Shown: positions 10,998 through 22,979 of the stretch, one piece after another | Layout: every line of letters starts with the position of its first letter | How positions within the stretch are numbered: the stretch's first letter is position 1 | Assembly: GCA_943704425.1 (NCBI GenBank) | Contig: CALSCP010000556.1 | Location: forward strand, 32,145 to 96,144 | Direction of reading: 5' to 3' | Length of the DNA stretch: 64,000 bases | Source: Ministeria vibrans ATCC 50519 | Lineage: Eukaryota > Protista > Filasterea | Position numbers and translations under genes: made by a program | Notes under the pieces: model-generated | What the model was told of the DNA's origin: nothing | What the model saw: the letters and a program-made list of their open reading frames with translations, nothing else | Databases searched by the model: none

Positions 10998-12110
10998 ATG
11001 TCCGAATTTTCGTCGGTCGCCCCAGACTTCAGTGGCCAGCTCCTGATCAAGGTTGCCTACCACGACGACATCCGTCGCCTGGCTATCCACAACGAGGTCA
11101 GACAAGCTCGTCAGCCCACACACTCAACCTTCCCCGTCTCTCTCTCCCCTCTCGCTCTACGACAGGACCTCACCGTCGACGAGCTTGCCATCATGCTCCA
11201 GCGCATCTTCCGCACCAAGCTACGCGCCACCGACGACTTCTTCATTAAGTATCGCGATGCAGGTTTGAGAACTTCCCATTGAAAAGCACTTGCCGCCCTC
11301 TCACTCGCCCCATCTGCCCGCCATCCAGACGGCGACCTCGTCACCATTGCCGACAACGCCGACCTGAGCCTTGCCAAGAGTCTCTGTCGCTTCCGCCTGA
11401 GCATTGTCGTGTATGACGTGGCGCCCAAGGAGTCGCTCAAGACAGTCAAGGACATCACCAAGGCCATTCGCGACGAACTGCACGAAAGCCACGAGCGCAT
11501 TGAGACCCTCCTGCGCCATCTCAACGACCTCACCGCCACCACTGCCGCCGCCACTTCGCTCGTTGAGTCCGTTGCAAGCGGTGCCACCACCAACGCTGCG
11601 GCGGCCCTTGATCGCGAGCAGAAGCGCAGTCTGTCCAACAGCGAAGCCATCAATGCCTTTGATCCCATGTCCACCCACGCTCCCGCCCCCACATCAACTA
11701 CCACAGCCGCTGCACCAGCACTCAGTGACGACGACGTACGTGCCTACCTGGACATGCAACAGCCACAGGCACAGCAACAGCAACAGCCACAGCCACAGCC
11801 ACAGCCACAGCCACAGCAACAGCCACAGCAACAGCCACAGCAACAGCCACAGCAACAGCAACAGCCACAGCCACAACCGCCCGTCTCATCCGCCCCAACA
11901 CCAGCACCAGCAGCATCCACTCCACCGCAACCCCACTCCCAACCTCAATACCTTGCCAACCCCCAATTCCAACCTCCACCACAAAACTACCTCGCATCCT
12001 ACATCCCCCCACAACAACCCTCCAACACTCTTCCCCCTTCCTCCTACAACCCTCCCCCATCCGCCTCCACTCAACTCCCTTACACTTACTACTATCCCCC
12101 ACCCAAATAA
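10998..12110 (+). CDS. TFG: TFG-like protein (PB1 domain, coiled coil, Q/P-rich tail), 3 exons
   Basis: Spliced DFSGQLLIKVAYHDDIRRLAIHNE|DLTVDELAIMLQRIFR...KYRDA|DGDLVTIADNADLS closely parallels the TFG PB1 domain (DLSGKLIIK..EDIRRIPIHNEDITYDEL..MQRVFR..KYKDEDGDLITI). It is followed by a coiled coil and a QP/Y-rich tail. Confidence 0.85.
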
Positions 12111-12141
12111 TAATCAAAATACACCATTCATATTATATTGC

Positions 12142-12539
12142 TCAACTCACACACAAAATGGGTCGGACAATGGCACAAAAACGCTCGAGACGCTCCTCAA
12201 ACATTCTTCGCATCACCCGACTTGTCACAATGGGCTTCAACGTGGCATCTCCATTCCCTCCTTCTCCTCCTCCCAGTAACAACACCGTCTGCACCGCCCG
12301 ACAGAACCGCTCGTGGACCACTGCATCGCCCGCAAGTGACTCAGCCGCACTCCCAATCATCCCGACAAACCCATTGGGATCCGCACAGTAAAGTGAGAAT
12401 AGTGCGTCTCCTGCGTCCCCCATCAAAAGAGTGTTCATCGGCAGTCGACACACCAGCTCAAACAGCGCTGACCGCATCTCAATCAACTGCCCACTCACAA
12501 CCTACACACACACACACACACACATACTCACAAATATTA

Positions 12540-12618
<79 letters not shown>

Positions 12619-15600
12619 NNNNNNNNNNGGAACGCACAGAAAAAAAAAAAAAAAGCGCACGTCGTTGTCCGCGAGGTCCTCACAATCGGGCGTGTACCGC
12701 TCCTTCTCGGCCGCCGACTCTACTTTTATGCTGTTCAAACCGCTCTGCGCTGTCTTGCGGCACCGTCTCACCCGCCCGATCGCTCTTGTAGGTTCAAGTT
12801 GAAAGCATTCTCAAAATTCGACGACACCACCGTCGCCCTGGCCGCGTCCACAGCCATTTCTGAGGGGAAAATGGACGAACAAATGGTACGCCGACTGTGT
12901 GCCCCTCAAACCCACTTGGATTCGTTTTACTCGTGTCAACAGTTCTCCTTTTTTTTTTTTTTTTTTTCTTTCGTACTGTTTCATTCATCCTTTTGATCAC
13001 TGCATGTTCGCGCGGCACGCCGACCGCAGCACCCCTCACCCGATGCTGTATTGACTCGCCCCTGTTTCTGTTTCTCCCGTGCGCCCTTCAGGAAGCGTTC
13101 CTGCGCGAGAACATCCTCGACAAGAAGCTCAAGGACAAGCTCGCTGTCGCCGATGCCAAGCTCGGGAGCTCCATCAAGGAGGCGCTGGGGATCAGCTGTG
13201 TCAACGACGAGATTGTGCGTGAACTCATGCGCGGCGTCCGCGAGCAAATGTCCTCTCTTGTCACAGGTTAGGAAATGAGTACACACACACACACACACAA
13301 ATACGACTGTACTGACTCACCTCTGAGACAGAGGAAGGCGACGAAGCAGCCTCACTGGCCATTCCTGAGATACTCTCGAGACTTTTGCGAGCAGCGTCCA
13401 TTCCAAACGTACCATAGATGGCCTGTACCAGCGCTCGGTAGACCCGGTGCGCGAGCACAGGTGGGAGGAGACGTAGCTGGTCTGCGTGCGTCTCGCAGAC
13501 ATGTGCAAGCACTTGAAAAAATTCAGTGGCGAGCGAAGGGTCACGGAGGGTCGAAACGGTAACAAAGGGAAGAAGGTGCTGCAGTGCACGCACAACCACC
13601 GCACCCACGTCGGTCTCTCCATCACCGCTACTGTCGTGAACGAGCACCTCGCATGCCAGATCAAGGTAGTCGCGTGACAGTAAGTGGCTCATGAGCGTCA
13701 GAAGCATTCGAAGGTTCTCCGTGTGTCCACTGAGCGACCGCTCTCGTTCTCCTCCGCGATTTTCTTTGCCATCTCTCCCTCCTCCTTCACCTTGGCCATC
13801 ACCGCCATCGTCGTCAAACGACGCAATGCTAAACTCCTGATGGTTTTCGCTGTACACACGCACTGCATCAAGCGACGCCGAGAGCACCTGTGCCAGCTCA
13901 AGGGCCGGTAGATAGGGCACAGTGTGTAGCACAAAGGCAACCGAGGCATCCAGCGCACTGTCGACCACCGCACACGACACGTCCGCACGGTACACGACAA
14001 AAAGAAAAGGCAGTGCTTGCAGCAGAGGATACACACACGCGTAGATGCCACTCCAGTTATCACTTGTGGTTGACCCCGATACGCCACGTAAAATGTCGCA
14101 CACAGCAATGAGCGAAAGCATCACAGCGGGCTCTTGAGCGGTCCGTGCGGCAAATCCGTCGCCCGACACAATGTGTGTGAGTGTCTCGGTCGCCGTCGCG
14201 TGCCACAGGGCCTTCACCGAGTGATGCGGGTCCTGGGCATCCGCTGCGTTTGCCGTAATTCCCGCCGCCACACTCCGGCGCACCTCTGAGGCCATATTCG
14301 CCGTGGATGGGTCCAGTAGCTGGCGCGCCAGCAAAACCAATTGCCCCGACTGTACGGTACAGCGACGTGCGCACGCCCCCACATCCGACAGCGCCAACAG
14401 CAACCCGGCTGTCTCGGCTGCGACCGCCCGTTCGCCGGCCCACGCGTGCAGATTCAATGAAATCTTCCGCAGCATCATGTCGACGTAGGCAGGGCCGTAG
14501 GTGTCGCAGCCGTACGCACTCACAAGAGTCCGGCTGAACACACGGTTGCCGGACTCACGGTCGTCGTGCATCAAGTAGGTGTGAACCCAGCGCGCCAAGA
14601 ACCACGCACAGGTCTCGGCAAGCGACGGCGATACCAGGCCCACCGCACCCCGTTCGAGAAACGTGTTCTCCAGCTCGGCCACACCCAGCGCAGTCTGTGC
14701 CAAGCGCACCACCGGGTTGGTCTGACCATCGTCGGCGTCGGGTCCCACACAGGCGCCTTGCTCCGAGGGCTCCTCGCCCGTGCGCACCCGACAGTACCGC
14801 ACAATCTCGTCGGGCACCACGGCTCGTTCGCCCGAACTGTCGTCGGCAAGCGTATAGCCTGTGACCAGCAGAATCCAGTGCAGTCGTTCGGCAAGCACCG
14901 GTGGGACGGCGGTATCACCAGCAGCCGCCACCGCTCGCAACTGCTCAATTCCTTCGCCGCACATGGTCTGCAGAATGCCCACACACGGCTCCAGGGCAAC
15001 GCGCGCCAGAGCCGCCACACCACCCAACTGTTCGGCATACTGTTCAATGTCGCCGTCGACACAGTCCTCGTCAATGTCGTCGTCGAGCTCGGCGTCGCGC
15101 TCTGCCGCCCGCATACGCGACTCGACATACGACCGGAACACATGCTCGGCATAGGGTGTCCAAAAGCCCGATGGGATCTCACTGACAGACTGGGTGAGCA
15201 GAACCCAGCCATCGAGAAACACGGTGAGCGCCTCGTCGCACCACTGCGTGGAGGGCTCGTCGACATCGCCACACACGCCGTGGCGCATGGCCGCCACCGT
15301 AGCCCGCGTGAGCATGTGCAGAAACGACTGGACGACGGGCGCTTGATCGTGCGTGCACAGGTAGGCCATATCGCATTGGATCACGAGGGCCGACACAGCG
15401 TGCGCCAGGGTGTGCAGGTCGACAGCGACGTCGTACAGCTCCGCGCCCAAAGACTGACTTGCCTCAGCGGCTGTCTCTGCCAGCGCCACACTGTCGCCCA
15501 TCACGCGCTCCAGCGCCCCCATCACTCGTACGCGGTACTGATGAATGTCACCCTTGCTCGCAAAGACGGGTCCGCGCAGTGAAGCAAGGCGCATGAGGCA

Positions 15601-16536
15601 CTGGCCAGTGTGCAGCAGTGCGCTGTCGGCATTGTTGCATCGACGCAACAGCGTGTGAAGCTCGACGAGCGTCTCAAGGGTCTGTCCTTCAACAAGCATC
15701 GCATGCCAGTTTCCATCGGGCGAGAGAGGTGGCAGCTTGTTGGGTGCCAACGAGGTGTTGTCGATGCCAGCGGTGAAGCGGCGTGGCGCGGCCGACGACG
15801 ACGTTGAGGGTGCTTCGCAAAACGTCCACAGCAGCACTGCTTCGCAAAGTTGTGCGTACGCGGCAATCACATTGAGTGTGTCGCTACCAAGCGGTGTGGT
15901 GGCAGCAGCAGCAGTGGTGGTGTGTACTCGGAGGCAGTCGAGCGCAAGCGAAAAGACACTGGTGAGAGCGGGTCCTTCAAAAGCGCGTTTGCACTCTTCG
16001 TGCGTCTCCCAGGCGAGTCCCAGACACGTGGCCTTTTCCGGACTGGCAAACTCGTGGAGGAGGGCCAGGAGGAGGGCGCAGGCGAGGCGCTGGAGCGCCA
16101 CCGAGTCGGTGCGCGCCAAACCAACAGCCTGTTCAAACACGAGATTTCGTGCGGCGGCGCCGTCTTCGCCCGGATCAAGCCAGCTTCGCTTGACCACAAC
16201 CGCCACGGTGATGAGCAGCTGTTCGCGCACAAAGGGACGCAGCGTGCCGGCTGTGGCGCGCGACGAGAGGAACCCAATGCACTGCGCACACAACTGAGTC
16301 GTTCGCGAGCGCGGCACGTCGTTCCACAGACGCACCACGGCCGCCTTGAGACCCGACGCAGCATGGAACAGCAGGTAGTCGTGCTGCGTCTGCTCCAGGA
16401 GTGCGCACAGGCTCTCGAGAGGCGCATTGGCCAGCGCCAGCAGAGTCGATTCCGCTGCCTTGCGCTGCTGGGGCGTCACCATATTCGACATGGATTGCGC
16501 CAGCGAGGCGGCCGCCTCCAAGTGGGGGACGTCCAT
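12142..16536 (-). CDS. XPO4: Exportin-4-like karyopherin, 2 exons (13321-16536, 12142-12501)
   Basis: Importin-beta-type N-terminus (QRKAAESTL...YLLFHAAS..K), GLAWETHEECKRAFE, LHWILLVTGYTLAD, VSPSLAETCAWFLARW..TYL, and C-terminal LERFCAIVRPILCVS, like the XPO4 ending ...GLLCVK. Confidence 0.85.
12792..13266 (+). other. NOP58: NOP58 N-terminal fragment (2 exons: 12792-12885, 13092-13266) inside the XPO4 intron; probable misassembly
   Basis: FKLKAFSKFDDTTVALAASTAISEGKM|...KLAVADAKLGSSIKEALGISCV..EIVRELMRGVREQM matches the NOP58 NOP5NT region. No start or stop; bounded by an N gap and CA repeats. Confidence 0.8.
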
Positions 16537-16650
16537 GATGAAAAGGTAAGTGAATAAAATAAATTCGAATCGATTTATTCGATCTTTTACTTTTTAACTA
16601 TTAGTTGTTGCTCTCTCTCGCTGTCTCATTGGTGTCTCATTGACACGGAT

Positions 16651-17184
16651 ATGATCCTTCCGAAACAAACAAACCGCCTTGACTTTCGTGCATGGACCAG
16701 CGACGACTTGAGCTTGGCGACGGCGATCTTTGGCGACGCGACTGTCAACACATATGTTGGAGGGGCTCTTGCCACAGAGGCGATTCAGGGGCGTCTAGCG
16801 GGGGAACTCGCCAACCAGAACACGCATCACGTTGCCTACTGGCCGATCACGCTCCGGGAAGAGTCGCGCGACATTGGCTGCTGCGGATTGCGACCGCGCA
16901 CTCCGTCTGTGTATGAATTGGGGTTTTACCTTCTCCCCGCCGCCTGGGGGAGCGGATACGCTGTGGAAGCCGCCCAAAGTGTGATCCGGCATGCTTTTAC
17001 CGCACTGGGTGCCTCAGCGCTGTTTGCCGGGCATCATCCGGAGAACACAAGCTCAAAGCGCACTCTTGAACGACTGCACTTTCGATTCACCCACTGCGAA
17101 CTCTACGCGCCCACCGGTCTGCAACATCCAAGCTACACCCTGACACAACAAGACTTCGACGATGATACCGTTACACACCGATAA
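16651..17184 (+). CDS. RimJ/RimL-type GNAT acetyltransferase, intronless, bacterial-like
   Basis: TNRLDFRAWTSDDL, IGCCGLRP, ELGFYLLPAAWGSGYAVEAA (acetyl-CoA motif), LFAGHHPEN, YAPTGLQHPSY. Confidence 0.88.
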   Translation: MILPKQTNRLDFRAWTSDDLSLATAIFGDATVNTYVGGALATEAIQGRLAGELANQNTHHVAYWPITLREESRDIGCCGLRPRTPSVYELGFYLLPAAWGSGYAVEAAQSVIRHAFTALGASALFAGHHPENTSSKRTLERLHFRFTHCELYAPTGLQHPSYTLTQQDFDDDTVTHR

Positions 17185-17224
17185 TAACTGTGCATGATCA
17201 CTCGAAATGGATAAAAATTAACTT

Positions 17225-18547
17225 TTACACTTGCATTGGCACTGGGCCTGTGGGGACTGCGCCCGATTGGAGAAGCAGCTCCAAGCGCTGTACCTCTTCC
17301 AATGTCTTTGCACTCGCAATCGCATTCTATACATAAAAAAAAAACAATCATAATTAGGTATCAATATTAGTTGTAAGCACACACACACATACTCTAATTT
17401 TGGCGAGATCTTCAGCAGAGGGACCAGCCGGCACAACGGGAGCAGCAACACCGTCGGCCGCATCAGCCTGAGCACTCACAAGCAACACACTATCCTTCCC
17501 ACTGCTCGAGCCAAAGAGACGCTTTGCCTCGGCTCTCTCGTGGGGACGCACACGACGGAAGTCAAGCATGGTCACTGAGGGGAGTGTGTGGATCACAAAC
17601 AGACGGTAGTGCGTGTGCTTGGTGACGTCGTTGCCCACCAGTGACAGTCGTTTCAATGTCTTCAGTGTTCCAAGTGGTTCCAAATCTGCCAAGTTTTTCA
17701 ACTGCGAAAGACAATGATAAGCAAAGGATGAAGAAGGAATGAAAGGAGAGAGCAAGTCGAGAGAGTGAAGGACGAAGAAGGATGCGAAAAGAGGAGTGAA
17801 CAGGACAATCATGAGTGAGATATGTCAGTAAGAAAGTATGAGGTTAATCATGTGTGATGGATGAGCGAGTCGGTGAGAGAGTGGCGGAACAAGGATCAAA
17901 TATGTAAACGAGAGTGAGACACACAACACTATAATATAATAATAATTCCTTCGTACGTTATTTCCCGTCAGAATCAAATCTTCAAGAATAGGCAACTGTG
18001 TCTGCAGGTGGGGAGCAATGCGGGTGATTTTGTTGTTGTTGAGGACGAGTGTGCGGAGTCGTTTGAGCTGGGGAAAGCCGTCCAGTTTGACAATGAGGTT
18101 GTCCGACAGATCCATCACATCAAATTGGTCGTCTGTCGTCCCCAGGTTCTCGATCACCGTCACTTTGCATGCTGCAGACGTCGCATGGGTCGTGTGCAAC
18201 AGGAGGAGGGTTAGAGCGGGCGCGTGGAGTGTCGTTTGAGTCGAAGAGAGACGAAAGAACGAAAAGAAAAAAAAAAAAAGAGCCATGTTCGAAAAAATCA
18301 AACGTGAAAGAAAAATAATATAACAACAACAACAACAACAATGGCCTCACTGCACGCAGACAGCGCGATCCAGCCGCAGCCAAACGGCCAGGTGGAACGC
18401 GTCGTCCGTCAACAGTGGAACATACAAACGACGATTTTTTTTTTTGTGTTTTGTGTGTGTTGTCCTACCGCGCAAGTCGATCTCTCGTTCCCGCAAAGGA
18501 TTGATAAACTGTGGTGCCCCAGCGATAATATCAGCTGTAAGACGCAT
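17225..18547 (-). CDS. SNRPA1: U2 snRNP protein A' (LRR), 4 exons
   Basis: MRLTADII..PQFINPLREREIDLR, IENLGTTDDQFDVMDLSDN, YRLFVIHTLP..LDFRRV, AIASAKTLEEVQRLE. Confidence 0.93.
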
Positions 18548-18693
18548 TGTGCCAGAAATAATAATAATGAGTTGAGTTAATGAGTGATCAGTGAACTCAT
18601 CAACTCAACACACTATTTATCACTCTAGAACGCATTCACTTCTACGACGTTACCCCCTTTGGATCATAATTATCAGTATCATTCACTGCACCT

Positions 18694-20610
18694 ATGGCGC
18701 GTCACAGTAACAGGTATGGAAACTCCGCGTTTCCGTCTTTGATGCGCTGTTGACCTTCCGCCGTCTCTTTGCTCGTAGCGAGAGCTTCGTTGAGTCCCGC
18801 CGTGCCACACACAATGCACTGGAGCGAAAGCGGAGAATCTTCCAGAAGGAGCGACTCACAGAGGTGCGTGTGTGTCCAATAAGGAGAGAGAGAAAGATGT
18901 ATTTTTTTTTTCTCCCCACAACGACTCATCTTTTTTTTTTATGTCTCATCTCACACCGGTCGATGGCAGCTTCGCGACGCTGTTCCCTCGCTGAAGACGG
19001 AGAAACCATCGACTGTTGAGATCCTTGAGAGTGCGTCGGAGCATATTGGCGCGCTGAAACTGCGGCATTTGCGACAGGTAAAAAAATGTGTGGTTGGTTG
19101 TGCAGTCTTTGTGTTGTGTTGTGTGTTTGTGTGTGTCTCAACTCAGTTGTGTGCAGGAACGCGAAGTGGCCGCGCTCTGTGGCGAGAACATCACTCTTAC
19201 CAAGGACTTGCTTGGGAAGAACGCTGATGGACAAACAAAGGGTCTGAACGAACAGGTTAGGAATATAATCAATCAATCATAAGGAGCTCATTGACTCACA
19301 CCTTTATGCATCTTTGACCAGTTGGACTTTTTGGAAAGAGTGCGTCAAATGAAGAGTCGCGTGTACGTTCGTCTCACTGGCAAACACGCACTTCCATCCA
19401 CTTCCTCAAACACCACTACCACCACGACGACGACATCTACTTCGACGGCAAGTGGAATGCGCTCTCCGGGACGAAAGAGAGCACACACATTCTCTGTTGG
19501 CGAATCGTAAGGACCGAGACCCACTTTGTCGCGCACACACTGACTTTGTTCCTTTATGTTTTCTTTTTTACTCCATCACTGTGCTAATCTCTCCATCACT
19601 TTGCTTGTTTTTCCCTCCTCCCTCTACCACCTTACTTGTTTCTCCCTCTACCACCTTACTTGTTTCTCCCTGTATCACTTTGCTTGTTTCTCCCTCCTCT
19701 CTCTCTATCACTTTACTTGTTTCTCTCTCCTCCCTCTATCACCTTACTTGTTTCTCCCTCCTTTATAATATTTTTCTGTTTGGGTGTGATAGAGTGAAAC
19801 GGGTCAAGACGGACGGTCCGGAAATGAATCGATATGACTCTGCAACAGCCGAAGACGCGCAGCTCATGGCCGACTTCTTTGAGACAGTGCGAAAGAACAG
19901 TGTGTCACTGCAATTGCAACAGCAACAGTCAAAGCAGAGTGACGGGAATGGGTCAAATGTTACCACCACAACCACAACAACTATAACTACCGCGACCGAG
20001 AGTGAGGGAGATGTTGACGGTGGCGTGAGTGTGAGTGCGTCGCGTGCTCCGTCGTGTCCACCCGAGCTCAACACAGAGCGCACGACACAGCAACAAGAGG
20101 CAGCGGCGGGAGGAGAAGCTGCGGATCGGCGACGACTGACGACACTGAGTGTGATGGAAGATGGAGGGGATGATGAGGAGGAAGACGAAGATGAGGCGTT
20201 GAGGGATGCAGTGAAGCAGGCGATTGAGACAGGCTTTGGCGATGAGGAAGACGACGATGAACAAGACACAGCGGAGCAGGATGAGACTGCAGCAAAGAGT
20301 GATGTGGCTACAAGTGGGAGTGGAGTGCGGAGAGTGCGGCTAGCGGAGGATCAGCATGACTCGGCGGAGGAGCCTGCGTGTGCGTGTGGGAAGCCCTGGG
20401 ATGGACGGTGCGACGAACAAAGTGCTATAATGTTTAATTTTCTCTGTTCTTATTCTTCTTTTTTTGATTAGGTTTATGGTGCACTGTGTTGCTTGTCAGC
20501 ATTGGTTTCATGGTGACTGTGTTGGAGTGTTGCCGCGTCGTGTGCCGCCTCAGTGGCGATGTGAGAACTGTCTTAAGGTGAAGGGTTCGCCTAAGAAAAT
20601 GAAAGAGTAG
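18694..20610 (+). CDS. Myc/Max-family bHLH(-Zip) protein with C-terminal PHD finger, multi-exon
   Basis: Spliced ESRRATHNALERKRRIFQKERLTE|LRDAVPSLKTEKPSTVEILESASEHI (Max-like bHLH); C-terminal CACGKPWDGR|FMVHCVACQHWFHGDCVG...WRCENC (C4HC3). Confidence 0.82.
19585..19762. repeat. Intronic ~21-27 bp minisatellite (CTCTAYCACYTTRCTTGTTTCTCC)
   Basis: About 6-7 imperfect tandem copies visible. Confidence 0.85.
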
Positions 20611-20897
20611 TCAACTGTTTGGTTTTGTGTGTTTGTGAAGAAAACTTGTCAAAATGACATTCTATTCATCAAGAGGCCCAACCTGCTGATCGGAGGGACG
20701 ACATAGTTTAACGATTTGAAGATACAACTCCAAGAATTAATTGATTAATCTCAAATACTACAACTGCCCCGTCTCTTTCGTTAATCCATAATTGTAAAAC
20801 AATAGTGTTCATTATTGTATTAGAGTGAAAGCACATATCTGTCAAACTCGCCAGTCGTTGAAAAGTAAAGTCAAAGATCAAAATTATTTTATTCATC

Positions 20898-22218
20898 ATG
20901 CCGAAAAGAAAGCGATCGTACGCCCCCAAGGCCGTCAGACAGTATCACAGTAGCAGTGAGGATGAGGACGAGAGCGGCGGGGAGGACGAAGGACGCGTCC
21001 TTGCGATGGACGGTGTCTTTGAGACTGGTGACGACGATTACGGCGAGGTGGATGAAAACGCATCGGAGGACGACGAGGAGGACGACGAGGAGGACGACGA
21101 CGACGATGAAGAGTGGCAGTCGGGAGATGAAAGCTTTGTGACTGCTTCAGAGGGCGCAGGGGCAAGCGAGGACTCGGACGAAGAGGTTGTCGAAACGGTA
21201 CGGAAACAGAAACGCGTGGAACGACAATCGCCGCGCGCAAGGCTTCTCGCTGCTGAGGAGGAGGTTGCTGATGGGGATGATGACGAGAGCGAGGACGAGG
21301 CGGAGTCGGAGGAGGTGGATGAAGGGAGTGCGGACGAGGATGAAGTGGGACGCGACGAGAAGGCCCAACGTGTTGGCATTGCGCCGCGTGCTGCCCTTGC
21401 AGACGCCATGCAGCGCATCATTGGGGGCTATGCTACTGTCGGAGAGGTAAGTTGGAGTCGATGGGGCCCTGGCGTGAGCTCATGCAACGCCTGTGTAGAA
21501 TCCAATTTTGGCCAAAGATCAGCGGAGCTCTGTCAAGATTGCGCAGGAAAAACGCGAAGCCAAAGCACTGGTACAAACGACAAAGAGCAACTTATACATC
21601 ATAGTGTGTAATCTTTGGGGCTGTTCTTTTTGTGGGTGGTGTGTGTTGTTGTGTAGCGTGCTCGCATTGCAAAGAACCGCACCGTGCGCAATGCGGCTCA
21701 TGTGATTCCGGACATTCGCGGACGCGCAGACGACTTGAGACTGCGAAAGATTGCCACCAAAGGAGGTACCACAAACGAGCAGCAAGTGTGTATTTTTACA
21801 ACTTGCTCTTTTGTTTTTGTTTTTAGTGGTGACGCTGTTTAATGCGGTGAGTCAACAGCAGAAAACGGCTGAGAGCGCCGATCCGCTGTTGTCGACAAAA
21901 GAGCAAAAGAGAAAATCGGACAAGTCAGTGCAGAGTCTGTCAAAATCGGGATTTCTCGATTTACTGCGGGGCAACAACAAAGACGCAACAAAGCAAAAGA
22001 AAGACACACAAGAAGCAGAGGAAGACGAGACGGAGAAGAAGAAGACGAAGAAGGCGAAGACGAGCAGTGGATGGGGCGTCTTTGACGAGGACTATGTCAA
22101 CACAAAGGCAACCATGCGCGACTGGGGACGGACGGAGGACGACGATGGAGGCGCTGCTGGAGAGCGCGAGAAAGAGGCGTATTATGACGAGAATGAGATT
22201 GAGTATGAGGATGATTAA
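20898..22218 (+). CDS. RRP15: RRP15-like ribosome biogenesis protein, 4 exons
   Basis: Acidic N-terminus, LADAMQRII, PILAK, LRLRKIATKG|VVTLFNAV (Rrp15p signature), SKSGFLDLL, GWGVFDEDY. Confidence 0.88.
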
Positions 22219-22422
22219 AATTTTCTATTCATTTCTCTGATGATCACAATATTTGTTATGCTTAATTTGTAGCTGAGACAAATACGGCTGTATACTTGAC
22301 AGTTGACGCTGTAGATTGAAAGAGTTTTTTTTTAAAAAAAAAAAACAAAAACATGAAGAAACACGCCAAAAAATCATTTGGAGCCCCAAAAAATAAAATT
22401 TCACACAAGAACCAAAAAAAAA

Positions 22423-22544
22423 GGTGTGCGACACCCCCCGTTCACATCTGGTCTCCCACGATATTACTTGCGAAGGCTTGCACGAGCTTAACTTGAGTGT
22501 TCGGAAGAGAACTCGTGTTTCNNNNNNNNNAGAATGGCGGTACC
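22423..22544 (-). rRNA. 5S rRNA gene (divergent, solitary, 9-nt N gap near the 5' end)
   Basis: Minus strand reads GCCATTCT-N9-GAAACACGAGTTCTCTTCCGAACACTCAAGTTAAGC...AGTAATATCGTGGGAGACC...GAAC...GGTGTCGCACACC, then a T run (Pol III terminator). About 120 nt with box A/box C-like landmarks. Confidence 0.8.
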
Positions 22545-22979
22545 TGCAGTGGTTCGGACGCGGCAAGTTAATATTAAACAATAGACTTTACACAGTGAAA
22601 ATAAAATAATCTCACATCTGGAACCAGAGCTTGTATCGGCGGGTTCAACCACCCCGCAACAACCGCATGCTATAGCCAATAATTGCTATTCATTCTTTTG
22701 AATCTTTTCCGTTTTTGGAAGTTAATGTCTGTCGTCTGAGGATAATTTCAGTGACTAACGTGATAATTTACATAAACTAAAATATAACCCGCAATTCTTT
22801 GTTTGTTTTCACCTGCTTCTGTGTCGCCTGGTTTTTCACCGAAAATGTGTGAGAAAGTCTGAAAGTGTGTGAGAATGTGTGCAAGTGTGTGTGTATGAAC
22901 ATTGTGGTAATCTTAAAGAGTCATGAGCTGTTGTTGAGATGAGAGAAAGGAGAAAGTTTTATACATGAGAGTTTGACTC

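Noticed and set aside
22615-22680. B-box-like GGTTCAACC near the 5S gene suggesting a tRNA
   Set aside because: No cloverleaf or A box could be built.
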